A stretch of DNA of 34,780 nt from a virus. Positions 24,779-32,392 of the stretch are shown one piece after another. Position 1 is the stretch's first letter; each line of letters starts with the position of its first letter. The stretch spans positions 1 through 34,780 of the IMG/VR virus record IMGVR_UViG_3300045988_034891; one strand, 5' to 3'. The notes below the pieces were generated by a model, which did not search any database, was not told where the DNA came from, and was given only the letters and a program-made list of their open reading frames with translations. The translations under genes and the position numbers were made by a program.

Positions 24779-26119
24779 ATGATAACATTTAAAAACATAG
24801 ATCAGAATTTATACGATCCAGAAGGATTGAAAACTGATTTCAGAAAAACAGCGAAAGGAAAGAGCGGAAAAGAACAAGTTCGGAAGGTAAAGAGAAACCC
24901 GGAAAAATACGAAAAGGAACTGGAACGACAGCTTCGGACGAATACATTCACGAAGGCGACGCACCAGACGGAAACGATCAACGAATATTCATGTAAGAAA
25001 ACACGGGTACTATTGAAGCCGACGTATTTATACGAACAGCCCGCACACCACGCACTGATCCGGGCAATTATGCCCGCACTTATGCGCGGAATGTATGATT
25101 TGTCGTGTGGATCGATACCGGGACGCGGGCCACATTACGGAAAACGATTTGTTGAAAAGTGGATCAGGAACGTTCCGAAAAACTGTAAATATGTATTAAA
25201 GTTCGATATCCGGCATTTCTTCCAGAGCATACCACACCGGAAGTTAAAGAAGGCACTGAAAAAGAAGATCCGGGACCGTGTAATTTTAAAGAAATTATTC
25301 GCCGTGATCGATTGTTGCAAACAGGGCGTACCGATCGGATTTTATACGTCGCAATGGTTTGGGAACTTTTATCTGACACCATTAGACCATTACATCAAAG
25401 AAAAACTTCACGTAAAGAAAATGATTCGGTATGCCGACGACGTGGTATGTTTCGGCAGAAACAAAAAGATATTGCACGAAGCACGAAGGAAGATCGAACA
25501 ATTCCTGAACGAAGAACTGGGCTTGAAAATGAAACCGGACTGGCAGGTATTTAGATTTGAATACATCGGAAGGGACGGAAAGATTCACGGACGCGCCCTT
25601 GATTTTATGGGATTCGTATTTCACAGAGATAGAACAACGATAAGAAAAAGTATTTTGAACAGAATTCAGAAGAAAGTCAACAAAGTAAAAAGAAAAGGGA
25701 AAGTCACGTGGAAAGATGCAGCGTCTTTACTTTCAAGAATCGGATATTTTACGCATACCGACACATACAACTACTATCTGGATCATGTAAAACCTTATAT
25801 CAAAGTTAAGGCATTGAAACAGTTAATCAGCAAACACACAAGAAGGGAGCGACTAAAAAATGGAATGGATCAAAAGAGAAGGAACACAAACAGAACGCCC
25901 GGCGGATTTAGACATCACATCAAGCGCGACAACCGTATACCAGAGAAGAAACCAGAAACAGGAAGAAAGAGAGAATCAGGACGGGACAAAGGAACTGATC
26001 TGGACCTACGAAGAAATGGAAATGAGCCGGGAAGAATACGACAGAGGACAGGCGGAACTTGTGTCGCCACTTGCACTGGCAATCATGCAGAGCAACACGG
26101 AGTTGATCGCAAAGAATGA
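24779..26119 (+). CDS. DGR reverse transcriptase
   Basis: RT motifs KFDIRHFFQSI, VPIGFYTSQWFGNFYL (the SQ-containing motif 4 typical of DGR RTs) and IRYADDVV. The last ~86 codons are basic, low-complexity and overlap the next gene. Confidence 0.9.
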   Translation: MITFKNIDQNLYDPEGLKTDFRKTAKGKSGKEQVRKVKRNPEKYEKELERQLRTNTFTKATHQTETINEYSCKKTRVLLKPTYLYEQPAHHALIRAIMPALMRGMYDLSCGSIPGRGPHYGKRFVEKWIRNVPKNCKYVLKFDIRHFFQSIPHRKLKKALKKKIRDRVILKKLFAVIDCCKQGVPIGFYTSQWFGNFYLTPLDHYIKEKLHVKKMIRYADDVVCFGRNKKILHEARRKIEQFLNEELGLKMKPDWQVFRFEYIGRDGKIHGRALDFMGFVFHRDRTTIRKSILNRIQKKVNKVKRKGKVTWKDAASLLSRIGYFTHTDTYNYYLDHVKPYIKVKALKQLISKHTRRERLKNGMDQKRRNTNRTPGGFRHHIKRDNRIPEKKPETGRKRESGRDKGTDLDLRRNGNEPGRIRQRTGGTCVATCTGNHAEQHGVDRKE

Positions 26120-26189
26120 GTTATTGCAGATTCAAGTCGAAATGTTACTGGACACATTAAGCAGCACCGACGAAACGGAAGGAGAATAA
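25860..26189 (+). CDS. Small conserved-looking hypothetical protein occupying the XkdW position
   Basis: Protein-like sequence (WIKREGTQ...TVYQRRN...WTYEEMEMSREEY...) followed by XkdX. The naming is by position only. Confidence 0.5.
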   Translation: MEWIKREGTQTERPADLDITSSATTVYQRRNQKQEERENQDGTKELIWTYEEMEMSREEYDRGQAELVSPLALAIMQSNTELIAKNELLQIQVEMLLDTLSSTDETEGE

Positions 26190-26192
26190 ACG

Positions 26193-26342
26193 ATGTATGA
26201 AAAATTGAAAAATCAGTACGAACAGGGATTCGTTACAAAAGACACACTGAAAACATGGGTTAAGATCAACGCCCTGAAACGCGGACGCGGGATTACAAAG
26301 GCGCAGTATAAAGAAATTACAGGGGAAACGTACACGGCATAA
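26193..26342 (+). CDS. xkdX: XkdX-family small phage protein (49 aa, below the ORF-track cutoff)
   Basis: The translation MYEKLKNQYEQGFVTKDTLKTWVKINALKRGRGITKAQYKEITGETYTA ends with the XkdX signature IT..QYKEITGE.Y. Confidence 0.7.
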   Translation: MYEKLKNQYEQGFVTKDTLKTWVKINALKRGRGITKAQYKEITGETYTA

Positions 26343-26344
26343 AA

Positions 26345-26379
26345 ACAGGTCAGAAATGACCGAATAAAAGAAATAGAAT
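26345..26379 (+). promoter_or_regulatory. Candidate late promoter 3: ACAGGTCAGAAATGA, then 14 nt, then TAGAAT
   Basis: Third copy of the motif, upstream of the lysis cassette. Confidence 0.5.
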
Positions 26380-26412
26380 CATAACAGAAAGGCGGGTGGA
26401 AGGAGTGAAAAG

Positions 26413-26691
26413 ATGAATGAATGGAGCGTTATAGTTATGCTAATCACGCTAGGCGGCGGAATTATCGCGCTTGTACGTCCGATCGCGACACTGACAAAAG
26501 CGATCACAGAATTAACAGTTACTTGTAAGAATTTAGACGGACAGTTCGCAGCCATGCAGAACAAAAACACAGAGAGTCATAGAAGAATCTGGGAGCATAA
26601 CGACGAACAGGACAAAATACTAAACGACCATGAAGCAAGGATCAAGAGCATAGAACATGGAGAAAGGAGAAATACACATGAAAGTGAGTAA
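26413..26691 (+). CDS. Holin-associated membrane protein (BhlA/UviB- or XhlA-like)
   Basis: N-terminal TM helix plus a coiled-coil tail. GGAAGGAG SD. Positioned before the holin. Confidence 0.5.
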   Translation: MNEWSVIVMLITLGGGIIALVRPIATLTKAITELTVTCKNLDGQFAAMQNKNTESHRRIWEHNDEQDKILNDHEARIKSIEHGERRNTHESE

Positions 26692-26932
26692 AGGCACTAT
26701 CGCAAGAACCGCGATTCTGGTTTTAACCATGATTAACAGCGGACTTGCGATTTTTGGAAAAAGCCCGTTACCAATCAGCGACGAAACCGTGACACAGGTT
26801 GTATCGTTCGGATTTTCCACGGCGGCCGCACTGGTGGCATGGTGGAAGAACAACAGCTTCACAGTTCCCGCACTGAAAGCGGACGCAATGATGAAAGAAA
26901 CACGCGTGTACGAACGGAAAGGACGAAAATAA
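26678..26932 (+). CDS. Holin, SPP1 family
   Basis: GGAGAAAGGAG SD before the ATG at 26678. Two TM segments and the AWWKNNSFT signature. Confidence 0.75.
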   Translation: MKVSKGTIARTAILVLTMINSGLAIFGKSPLPISDETVTQVVSFGFSTAAALVAWWKNNSFTVPALKADAMMKETRVYERKGRK

Positions 26933-26933
26933 T

Positions 26934-28001
26934 ATGAGTATGAATGGAATTGACGTCAGCGGGTGGCAGAAAGGCATTGACCTTTCAAAAGTTCCCGCCG
27001 ATTTCGTAATCATCAAAGCAACACAGGGTACAAGCTATGTAAATTCTGATTGCGACCGGGCATATCAGCAGGCGAAAGCCGCCGGCCGGTTACTGGGCGT
27101 ATATCATTATTTTTCCGGCGGCGATCCGGCTAAAGAAGCAGAACATTTCGTAAACAACATTAAAGGGTATATCGGCGACGCTATTCTGGTTCTTGACTGG
27201 GAAGGAGAGCAGAACGCGAAGTTTTCTCAGGGGCCGGCAATCGCAAAGCCGTTTCTTGACAAAGTAAGAGATCTTACAGGCGTAAAGCCGTTGATCTATA
27301 TGTCGAAAAGCGTATGCCGTCAGCATGACTGGGCGACGGTGGCTGCCGAATATGGTTTATGGGTTGCACAGTACGCGAACAATAACGCGACAGGCTATCA
27401 GGCGAACCCGTGGACGGACGCAAAGGGCTTCGGAGCATGGGGAACGCCCGCGATCTTCCAGTATTCTTCCACCGGCCGTTTATCCGGTTACAACGGAAAT
27501 CTGGATATGAATATCGCATACATGGACGCGACAGCATGGAAAGCCTACGCAAAAGGTACGCAGGCGATCCAGACACCGAAAGCAGACGCACCGAACGGAT
27601 CAGTCCTTGATCTGGTTTACGGCGTAATGACTGGGAAGTATGGAAACGGCGACGCAAGAAAAGCGGCGTTGGGTTCACGTTACAATGAAGTACAAAGCGA
27701 GATCAACCACATTCAGGAAGCGTCAGCGGCAACACTGGCAGCCGAAACGAAGGCGGGTAGATACGGAAATGGCGACGTAAGAAAAGTCGTATTAGGCAGT
27801 AAATACGACGCTGTACAGAAGATTATCAACGGGCAAAGCACAGGAAACGGATCTGGCGCAGTGTACTACACGGTAAAGAGTGGCGACACCTTATCAGGAA
27901 TCGCGGCGAAGTATGGCACTACATACCAGAAGATTGCACAACTTAGCGGAATCAGCAATCCGAACAAAATATACGTCGGGCAGAAAATCCGCGTAAAATA
28001 A
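26934..28001 (+). CDS. Endolysin: GH25 muramidase + 2 x CW_7-like repeats + LysM
   Basis: [12 protein letters not shown]...FVIIKATQG...GVYHY...LDWE (GH25). Two GNGDxRKxxLGSxYxxVQ repeats. C-terminal [13 protein letters not shown]...YVGQKIRV (LysM). Confidence 0.9.
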   Translation: MSMNGIDVSGWQKGIDLSKVPADFVIIKATQGTSYVNSDCDRAYQQAKAAGRLLGVYHYFSGGDPAKEAEHFVNNIKGYIGDAILVLDWEGEQNAKFSQGPAIAKPFLDKVRDLTGVKPLIYMSKSVCRQHDWATVAAEYGLWVAQYANNNATGYQANPWTDAKGFGAWGTPAIFQYSSTGRLSGYNGNLDMNIAYMDATAWKAYAKGTQAIQTPKADAPNGSVLDLVYGVMTGKYGNGDARKAALGSRYNEVQSEINHIQEASAATLAAETKAGRYGNGDVRKVVLGSKYDAVQKIINGQSTGNGSGAVYYTVKSGDTLSGIAAKYGTTYQKIAQLSGISNPNKIYVGQKIRVK

Positions 28002-28054
28002 TGTAACTTAACAACAAAATGTCTTATACCTCCATAAAATAAAATATGTCACTG

Positions 28055-28085
28055 GGAAAAGTCATGCGAAAGCGTGGCTTTTTCC
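28055..28085 (+). terminator. Late-operon terminator hairpin with T5
   Basis: GTCATGC-GAAA-GCGTGGC stem (with G-U pairs) followed by TTTTT. A flanking A-tract extends the pairing. Confidence 0.55.
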
Positions 28086-28086
28086 A

Positions 28087-28115
28087 TTGAAAAAAAGAAC
28101 TGTATCAGATATAAT
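28087..28115 (+). promoter_or_regulatory. Near-consensus sigma-A/sigma-70 promoter: TTGAAA, 17 nt, TATAAT
   Basis: Exact hexamers and spacing, 41 nt upstream of the miaB-like fragment. Confidence 0.65.
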
Positions 28116-28156
28116 ATAAAATCGTATAAACATGAATAGAAAGAGGAAATCTAACC

Positions 28157-28363
28157 ATGAATAAAAATAAATTATTCGAAGAAGAATTGATAAACGCGGT
28201 CGATCTGGAAGCAGCACCACCAACAGAAGAACCGGAACGACAGTATTATTATATTGCGAAAGCCCGTAAATATGTAAAAGAATTATCCGAAAAACTAGGG
28301 CGTCCACTTTTCGCGCATGTCACAACCTTTGGTTGTCAGATGAACGCGGTTTCCGTGATGTAA
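28157..28363 (+). pseudogene. miaB: 5' fragment of a MiaB-family (UPF0004/radical-SAM methylthiotransferase) gene carried by the phage
   Basis: 68-aa ORF ending in ...YYYIAKARKYV...GRPLFAHVTTFGCQMNA. This is the conserved TxGCQMN N-terminal Cys motif of MiaB-like enzymes. It then diverges (VSVM-stop). Confidence 0.65.
28315..28345. other. Candidate attP core for the serine integrase
   Basis: Homology to miaB stops here. Imperfect palindrome TGTCACAACC-TTT-GGTTGTCAGA centred near 28329. Confidence 0.4.
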
Positions 28364-28387
28364 AAAAGCCCATAAATAAAGCATTTT

Positions 28388-28431
28388 AAAATATCCCAAC
28401 AATAGGAGAAATCCTAAAGTTGGGATATTTT
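28388..28431. terminator. Bidirectional terminator between convergent genes
   Basis: AAAATATCCCAAC ... GTTGGGATATTTT stem flanked by A- and T-runs. Confidence 0.65.
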
Positions 28432-28623
28432 TTATTTTTCGTATTCCATAATGTCGCCCGGTTGACAGTCCAGAAAATCGCAGATCTTACAAAGCACGTC
28501 AGTTTTTATTGTTTCCCCTTTCGACAGCTTCGCAAGCGTCGGCGCGGAGATCACAGAAAGAAGATCCGTCTTTTTCATATCCCGGCGCGCCAGAAGGTCA
28601 AACAGTCGATAATATTTCATCAT
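28432..28623 (-). CDS. XRE-family HTH transcriptional regulator (63 aa from the ATG at 28623)
   Basis: AGGTGG SD 8 nt before ATGATG. Sequence ...KKTDLLSVISAPTLAKLSKGETIKTDVLCKICDFLDCQPGDIMEY is typical of small HTH_XRE proteins. Confidence 0.75.
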   Translation of the reverse strand: MMKYYRLFDLLARRDMKKTDLLSVISAPTLAKLSKGETIKTDVLCKICDFLDCQPGDIMEYEK

Positions 28624-28642
28624 AATAAACACCACCTATTCA

Positions 28643-28760
28643 ATTTTTATAATATAAGCATACACTAATATAATATTAAAGTCAACGAAAAAAATATAAA
28701 TAAAAGCTAATAAAAGTATTGACTTTAATATAAACGTATGCTAATATAATATCAACGAAA
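28643..28760. promoter_or_regulatory. Divergent promoter/operator region with inverted TTGACTTTAATAT ... GTATGCT arms
   Basis: + strand: TTGACT (28719-28724), 17 nt, TAATAT (28742-28747). The mirrored TTGACT on the - strand is at 28680-28685. Confidence 0.5.
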
Positions 28761-28803
28761 GGAAATAAAAAATAAACAAACACTTAGAAAGGCGGTAACG
28801 AAT

Positions 28804-28971
28804 ATGTACGAAACAGTAAAAGTTGTTAAGGGATATAAAATCACAAGAATGAAAGGAACGCACGGAGCATATCACGTAAACGTAAGAGAAGACGACCAGA
28901 TCGGATTCAGAGAGTTTCACACTTTCAGAACAATCAAAGCGGCAGCAGAATTTATTGAAAGAGCATTATAA
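28804..28971 (+). CDS. Small hypothetical protein (55 aa, below the ORF-track cutoff)
   Basis: GAAAGG SD. Translation: MYETVKVVKGYKITRMKGTHGAYHVNVREDDQIGFREFHTFRTIKAAAEFIERAL. Confidence 0.45.
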   Translation: MYETVKVVKGYKITRMKGTHGAYHVNVREDDQIGFREFHTFRTIKAAAEFIERAL

Positions 28972-29301
28972 AAACAGAGCCGGGGCAGCAGTCCCCGGCG
29001 GAAAGGGAGAGTATACAATAGAAGTGCAAAACTTCCCGATAAAGAAATAAAGATCAGGGCGGCAACAGTAGCCGCCCGGCAATTAAAGCAGCCACGATCC
29101 GCCCGCGGGAGATTGTGAAGGTCCGAAGCCCTTGTAAATGCTGACGGGTTGCAACGGGGCGTTGTAATGTTGTTTGACAAGTTCCGGCCGGGTTTAATGT
29201 GAACCGGGCGTTGTGGGAGAATTAAACCGCTTGTTTCTGTACCACTTCACAAAATCCACACTGAAAGCGCGGGACCTTATAACGCCCGTTTCGTTGCATC
29301 T

Positions 29302-31047
29302 TTAATCACGGTATATAAATTTATGTGAAAGACCATTCGCGAACACGATTTCCGTCACGCGGCGATCTTTTACCGTGATATGATCCAAAACCAGATTGAA
29401 AAACTCTTTGATTGATTCTTCTTCGACCATTCCGGCCAGATCACTATATACGATATGAGATCCGGCACGGATCTTATGCGTCAGAAGAAAAGCGGAAGCG
29501 GATTTCACAAAGGCGGATTCATCAACACCGGAAGCGATATGCGTTTCAGTCAGTTCTTTCAATTTGTTTTCGGCAGCCACGCGCCCGGAATCAAACCGAT
29601 TTTTCTTTTCCAGATATTCTTTTTCACTCATTCCGTCGTCACTGAAATAATACGCATCTTCCAGACGCTCTTTCGCATGTTCATATTTTCGGATCTGATC
29701 TTTCAGGCTTTCAATTTCTGCCGGATCAGCGGCCACGCCTTTCTGATCCACCAGATCAGCGCGCCATAACGCGCCACCCGTGGCAGATTTGCCAGTTAAT
29801 AGTTCAAAGGTATTATTTAAGCTATCCGACGATAAACCCATAATATCGGCAAATACGGCCTTGTCAGACAGAAGCATTTCTTCCAGATCTTCTGGGGTTT
29901 TGATCTTCCGTCGTTCGTTTGATACGCGGACCATAGCTGATATATAGTTAATCACAAACGGACCAATCTTCACGTCACTGACGTTTAGGTTCTGACAGTG
30001 AATCGCCCGCGTTTTTGCGCCGCAATAATACATAGACGGGGTAAAGCCATTCTTTCGGCGTTTATCCTTTTTGCCCACTAGATAACCAGAACCACACGAA
30101 CCGCACTGGATCAGACCGGCGAAGACATTACAATTCTTTTCTACCGGGTGCAATCCACCCATATTTCTTTTATCCCGGTTGATATCCATAATTTTATTGA
30201 CTTTTTCCCATATTTCAGGATCAATGAGCGGATCAAAGACACCTTCAAGGTACACAACTTCGTTAATCGGCTTTTTTCGACCGCGCGCGCTTTCCCGGTA
30301 ATTATAACGATAGTCGCCTTTGTTCATCGGATTTCGCAGAAAATCGCCGACAGTTTTAGAAGTCCATTCGCCGCCGCGCTTGGTCGGAATCTTGTGAGCA
30401 TTGTTATAATCGCGGATCTTTCCGGTCGATTTAACTTCCAGATACATTTCATACATTGCCCGCGCAAACGGAGCTTCCTTTTTGGAATGCACCGGCCACC
30501 CGGCGGACGAATCCCAGTCCCACCCATAAGGTACACGCGCGCCGTTCCATTTCCCTTCGTTGGCGCGTCCGATCATAATATCTTTCACGCGTTCACTTGT
30601 CAGTTTTCTTTCCAGTTCCGCAAATACAAGAATAATCTTCAGGACAGCTTCACCGATCGCGGAAGACGTGTCAAATTGTTCGTTCAGTGAAACAAACGTC
30701 ACGCGGTTGTATTTGAAATCGTCATACATCAAAGAGAAGTCAACCAGATTTCGGGAAATACGGTCGATTTTATACACCAGAACGTGAGACACAAGCCCAG
30801 CGCGGACTTTCTGCATCATTCTTTCATACGCCGGCCGTTTCGTATTCTTACCGGATCGCCCGGCATCTTCGAAGATCTCTACACGCGACATATCAACGTG
30901 TAAGATATGCTTACAATATGCTTTCAGTTCCTTTTTCTGGAACGGAAGCGAATCTTTATCGACCTGATACCCAGTCGATACACGAACATAGATCGCAACG
31001 ATCCGATCGTTGGCACTGGCAGCAGGTACTTTCATAGCATAAGCCAT
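29302..31047 (-). CDS. int: Large serine recombinase (integrase)
   Basis: N-terminal resolvase domain: IVAIYVRVSTGYQ (catalytic Ser context) and VLVYKIDRISRN. It is followed by a recombinase domain and Cys-rich zinc-ribbon (CGSCGS...CGAKTRAIHC) and a coiled-coil. The track ORF starts at a TTG at 31104, but the ATG at 31047 is preferred. Confidence 0.9.
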   Translation of the reverse strand: MAYAMKVPAASANDRIVAIYVRVSTGYQVDKDSLPFQKKELKAYCKHILHVDMSRVEIFEDAGRSGKNTKRPAYERMMQKVRAGLVSHVLVYKIDRISRNLVDFSLMYDDFKYNRVTFVSLNEQFDTSSAIGEAVLKIILVFAELERKLTSERVKDIMIGRANEGKWNGARVPYGWDWDSSAGWPVHSKKEAPFARAMYEMYLEVKSTGKIRDYNNAHKIPTKRGGEWTSKTVGDFLRNPMNKGDYRYNYRESARGRKKPINEVVYLEGVFDPLIDPEIWEKVNKIMDINRDKRNMGGLHPVEKNCNVFAGLIQCGSCGSGYLVGKKDKRRKNGFTPSMYYCGAKTRAIHCQNLNVSDVKIGPFVINYISAMVRVSNERRKIKTPEDLEEMLLSDKAVFADIMGLSSDSLNNTFELLTGKSATGGALWRADLVDQKGVAADPAEIESLKDQIRKYEHAKERLEDAYYFSDDGMSEKEYLEKKNRFDSGRVAAENKLKELTETHIASGVDESAFVKSASAFLLTHKIRAGSHIVYSDLAGMVEEESIKEFFNLVLDHITVKDRRVTEIVFANGLSHKFIYRD

Positions 31048-31188
31048 AATATACACAACATTTCTATTTTTTCTAAAAAAGGGTATAAAAATAAGCCCTT
31101 TCAAAGATTGTGGGCCTATGCTATAATAACACTTGCTAGGGAGTTATCATAGTCAGCCCACGGTTGACGGGTAACAATCTATATAAAG

Positions 31189-31224
31189 CCGTTTCCGGTT
31201 GCCGCCGGGAGCGGTTTTATTTTC
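31189..31224 (+). terminator. Hairpin CCGTTTCCGG-N6-CCGGGAGCGG plus a T-run (better formed on the + strand RNA)
   Basis: 10-bp stem with two G-U pairs followed by TTTTATTTT. It lies between the HIRAN gene stop and the integrase start. Confidence 0.4.
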
Positions 31225-31225
31225 T

Positions 31226-31756
31226 TTATTCAGTTTCTAATTTGTAAGTTATTTCTACAGTAGCACCGAAACGATATTCGTCTTTTTCCAGAACGTAACC
31301 TTCGTCACGATCCCAAACAACTTTATATTTTCCGCCGAAAATTGAACAATCAATATCAGTAACGCGACCAGAAGAAAGAAGATTCTTCACGCGGGAGCAA
31401 CTGCCTTTCTTGATATAACCGATATGAACATCATCAACAACAACCTTTACGGCGTTCGAATCGTATTCATTTTCGGGTTCGGGAATCAATTCAACTTTTG
31501 AAACTGGAAAATCATATTGAAAAATCTTTTCGTCATACATGAAATCATCAACGATCTGCTTCTTCGTCTTTTCGTAATCATCATTTTCATACGCTAATTC
31601 CATTAGATTATCCATATACGAAGAAATTCCGGCAACCTTGAAATTATCAGTTTTCGTCGGGATAACAGGCTTCGACGGAGCGGAAACGACCGGATCAGGC
31701 GAAACCGGATTATCCTTCTTTTTAAATAACTTTCCGAATAGTCCTATTTTAGACAC
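31226..31756 (-). CDS. HIRAN-domain protein
   Basis: FKVAGIS ... VELIPEPENEYDSNAVKVVVDDVHIGYIKKGSCSRVKNLL ... matches the HIRAN pattern (EP.N.yD.nAv.V ... iGYi). GTG start with a poorly spaced SD. Confidence 0.65.
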   Translation of the reverse strand: MSKIGLFGKLFKKKDNPVSPDPVVSAPSKPVIPTKTDNFKVAGISSYMDNLMELAYENDDYEKTKKQIVDDFMYDEKIFQYDFPVSKVELIPEPENEYDSNAVKVVVDDVHIGYIKKGSCSRVKNLLSSGRVTDIDCSIFGGKYKVVWDRDEGYVLEKDEYRFGATVEITYKLETE

Positions 31757-31882
31757 CTTCTTTGCTAAATAATTGTCTATCGTTTTTAAAGCTGCGGCGA
31801 AAGAAGATCCGCCGCAGACGGGAACGCTAATCCCAGAAGTCAGGCGATATCACATTTCCCTGAACTTTCCTAGAATGGGATT

Positions 31883-32254
31883 TTATGCCATTTTTTCGGC
31901 GTCCCCTTTTTCGCGAACGTGTAAAGCCCGTAAAGCAAGTTCTTTATCTAGGCTATCCGCTTCGCGATAACAAGTAACAAGGAACTGTTCTTCGCTTGTC
32001 ATATGTATACCTTTTGAGTTGGGAACGTACTTTTCGGGAAGTTCTATTTCGTCACGTGCCATAGAATCCATAGTAACACCGAAGAAGTCGCATAATTTAC
32101 GGAAGGTCGACAATTTAATATTGTTATAACCTTGCTTGTAAAAAGCGTCTATTGTACTATAAGGGATTCCAGAACCCTGTGAAACATTTCTTTTGTTCAA
32201 ATGATTCTTCGCCATTAAATAGTCCAACTTTTCAAGGAATGTCAATTCCAACAC
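31883..32254 (-). CDS. CI-like XRE-family repressor
   Basis: HTH segment LNKRNVSQGSGIPYSTIDAFYKQG. Divergent from the early operon across an operator-rich region. The start is ambiguous: GTG at 32254 or TTG at 32245, behind AAAGGAGG. Confidence 0.8.
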   Translation of the reverse strand: MLELTFLEKLDYLMAKNHLNKRNVSQGSGIPYSTIDAFYKQGYNNIKLSTFRKLCDFFGVTMDSMARDEIELPEKYVPNSKGIHMTSEEQFLVTCYREADSLDKELALRALHVREKGDAEKMA

Positions 32255-32269
32255 CTCCTTTCAATTTAC

Positions 32270-32298
32270 ATTGTAATGTAAAAATATTACCGTGTCAA
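32270..32298 (-). promoter_or_regulatory. Repressor-gene promoter: TTGACA, 17 nt, TACAAT (on the - strand)
   Basis: On the + strand this reads TGTCAA at 32293-32298 and ATTGTA at 32270-32275. The -10 is embedded in palindrome O1. Confidence 0.6.
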
Positions 32299-32363
32299 GA
32301 AAAATATTACCGCACAACATAAAACAGAAAAGAAATATTTTACAATACAACGTAAAAAACTAC

Positions 32364-32392
32364 TTGACAATTAACAATGCATTGTTTATATT
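32364..32392 (+). promoter_or_regulatory. Early lytic promoter: TTGACA, 17 nt, TATATT
   Basis: Consensus -35. Operator O3 fills the spacer. Confidence 0.65.

Larger units (their letters stand above)
23135..26119 (+). mobile_element. Diversity-generating retroelement cassette: target gene with VR, hairpin, TR, spacer, RT
   Basis: See the individual VR, TR and RT features. Confidence 0.9.

Noticed and set aside
24459-24788. A 109-aa minus-strand ORF between the VR and the RT, considered as a possible Avd-like accessory gene
   Set aside because: It is antisense to the TR and spacer and has no SD. It has an irregular hydrophobic/Arg-rich composition with no four-helix pattern. It looks like a shadow ORF of a non-coding region.
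28917-29180. 87-aa minus-strand ORF in the GC-rich block
   Set aside because: It has no SD and an implausible composition, and it crosses several strong hairpins. The region is treated as non-coding structured sequence.
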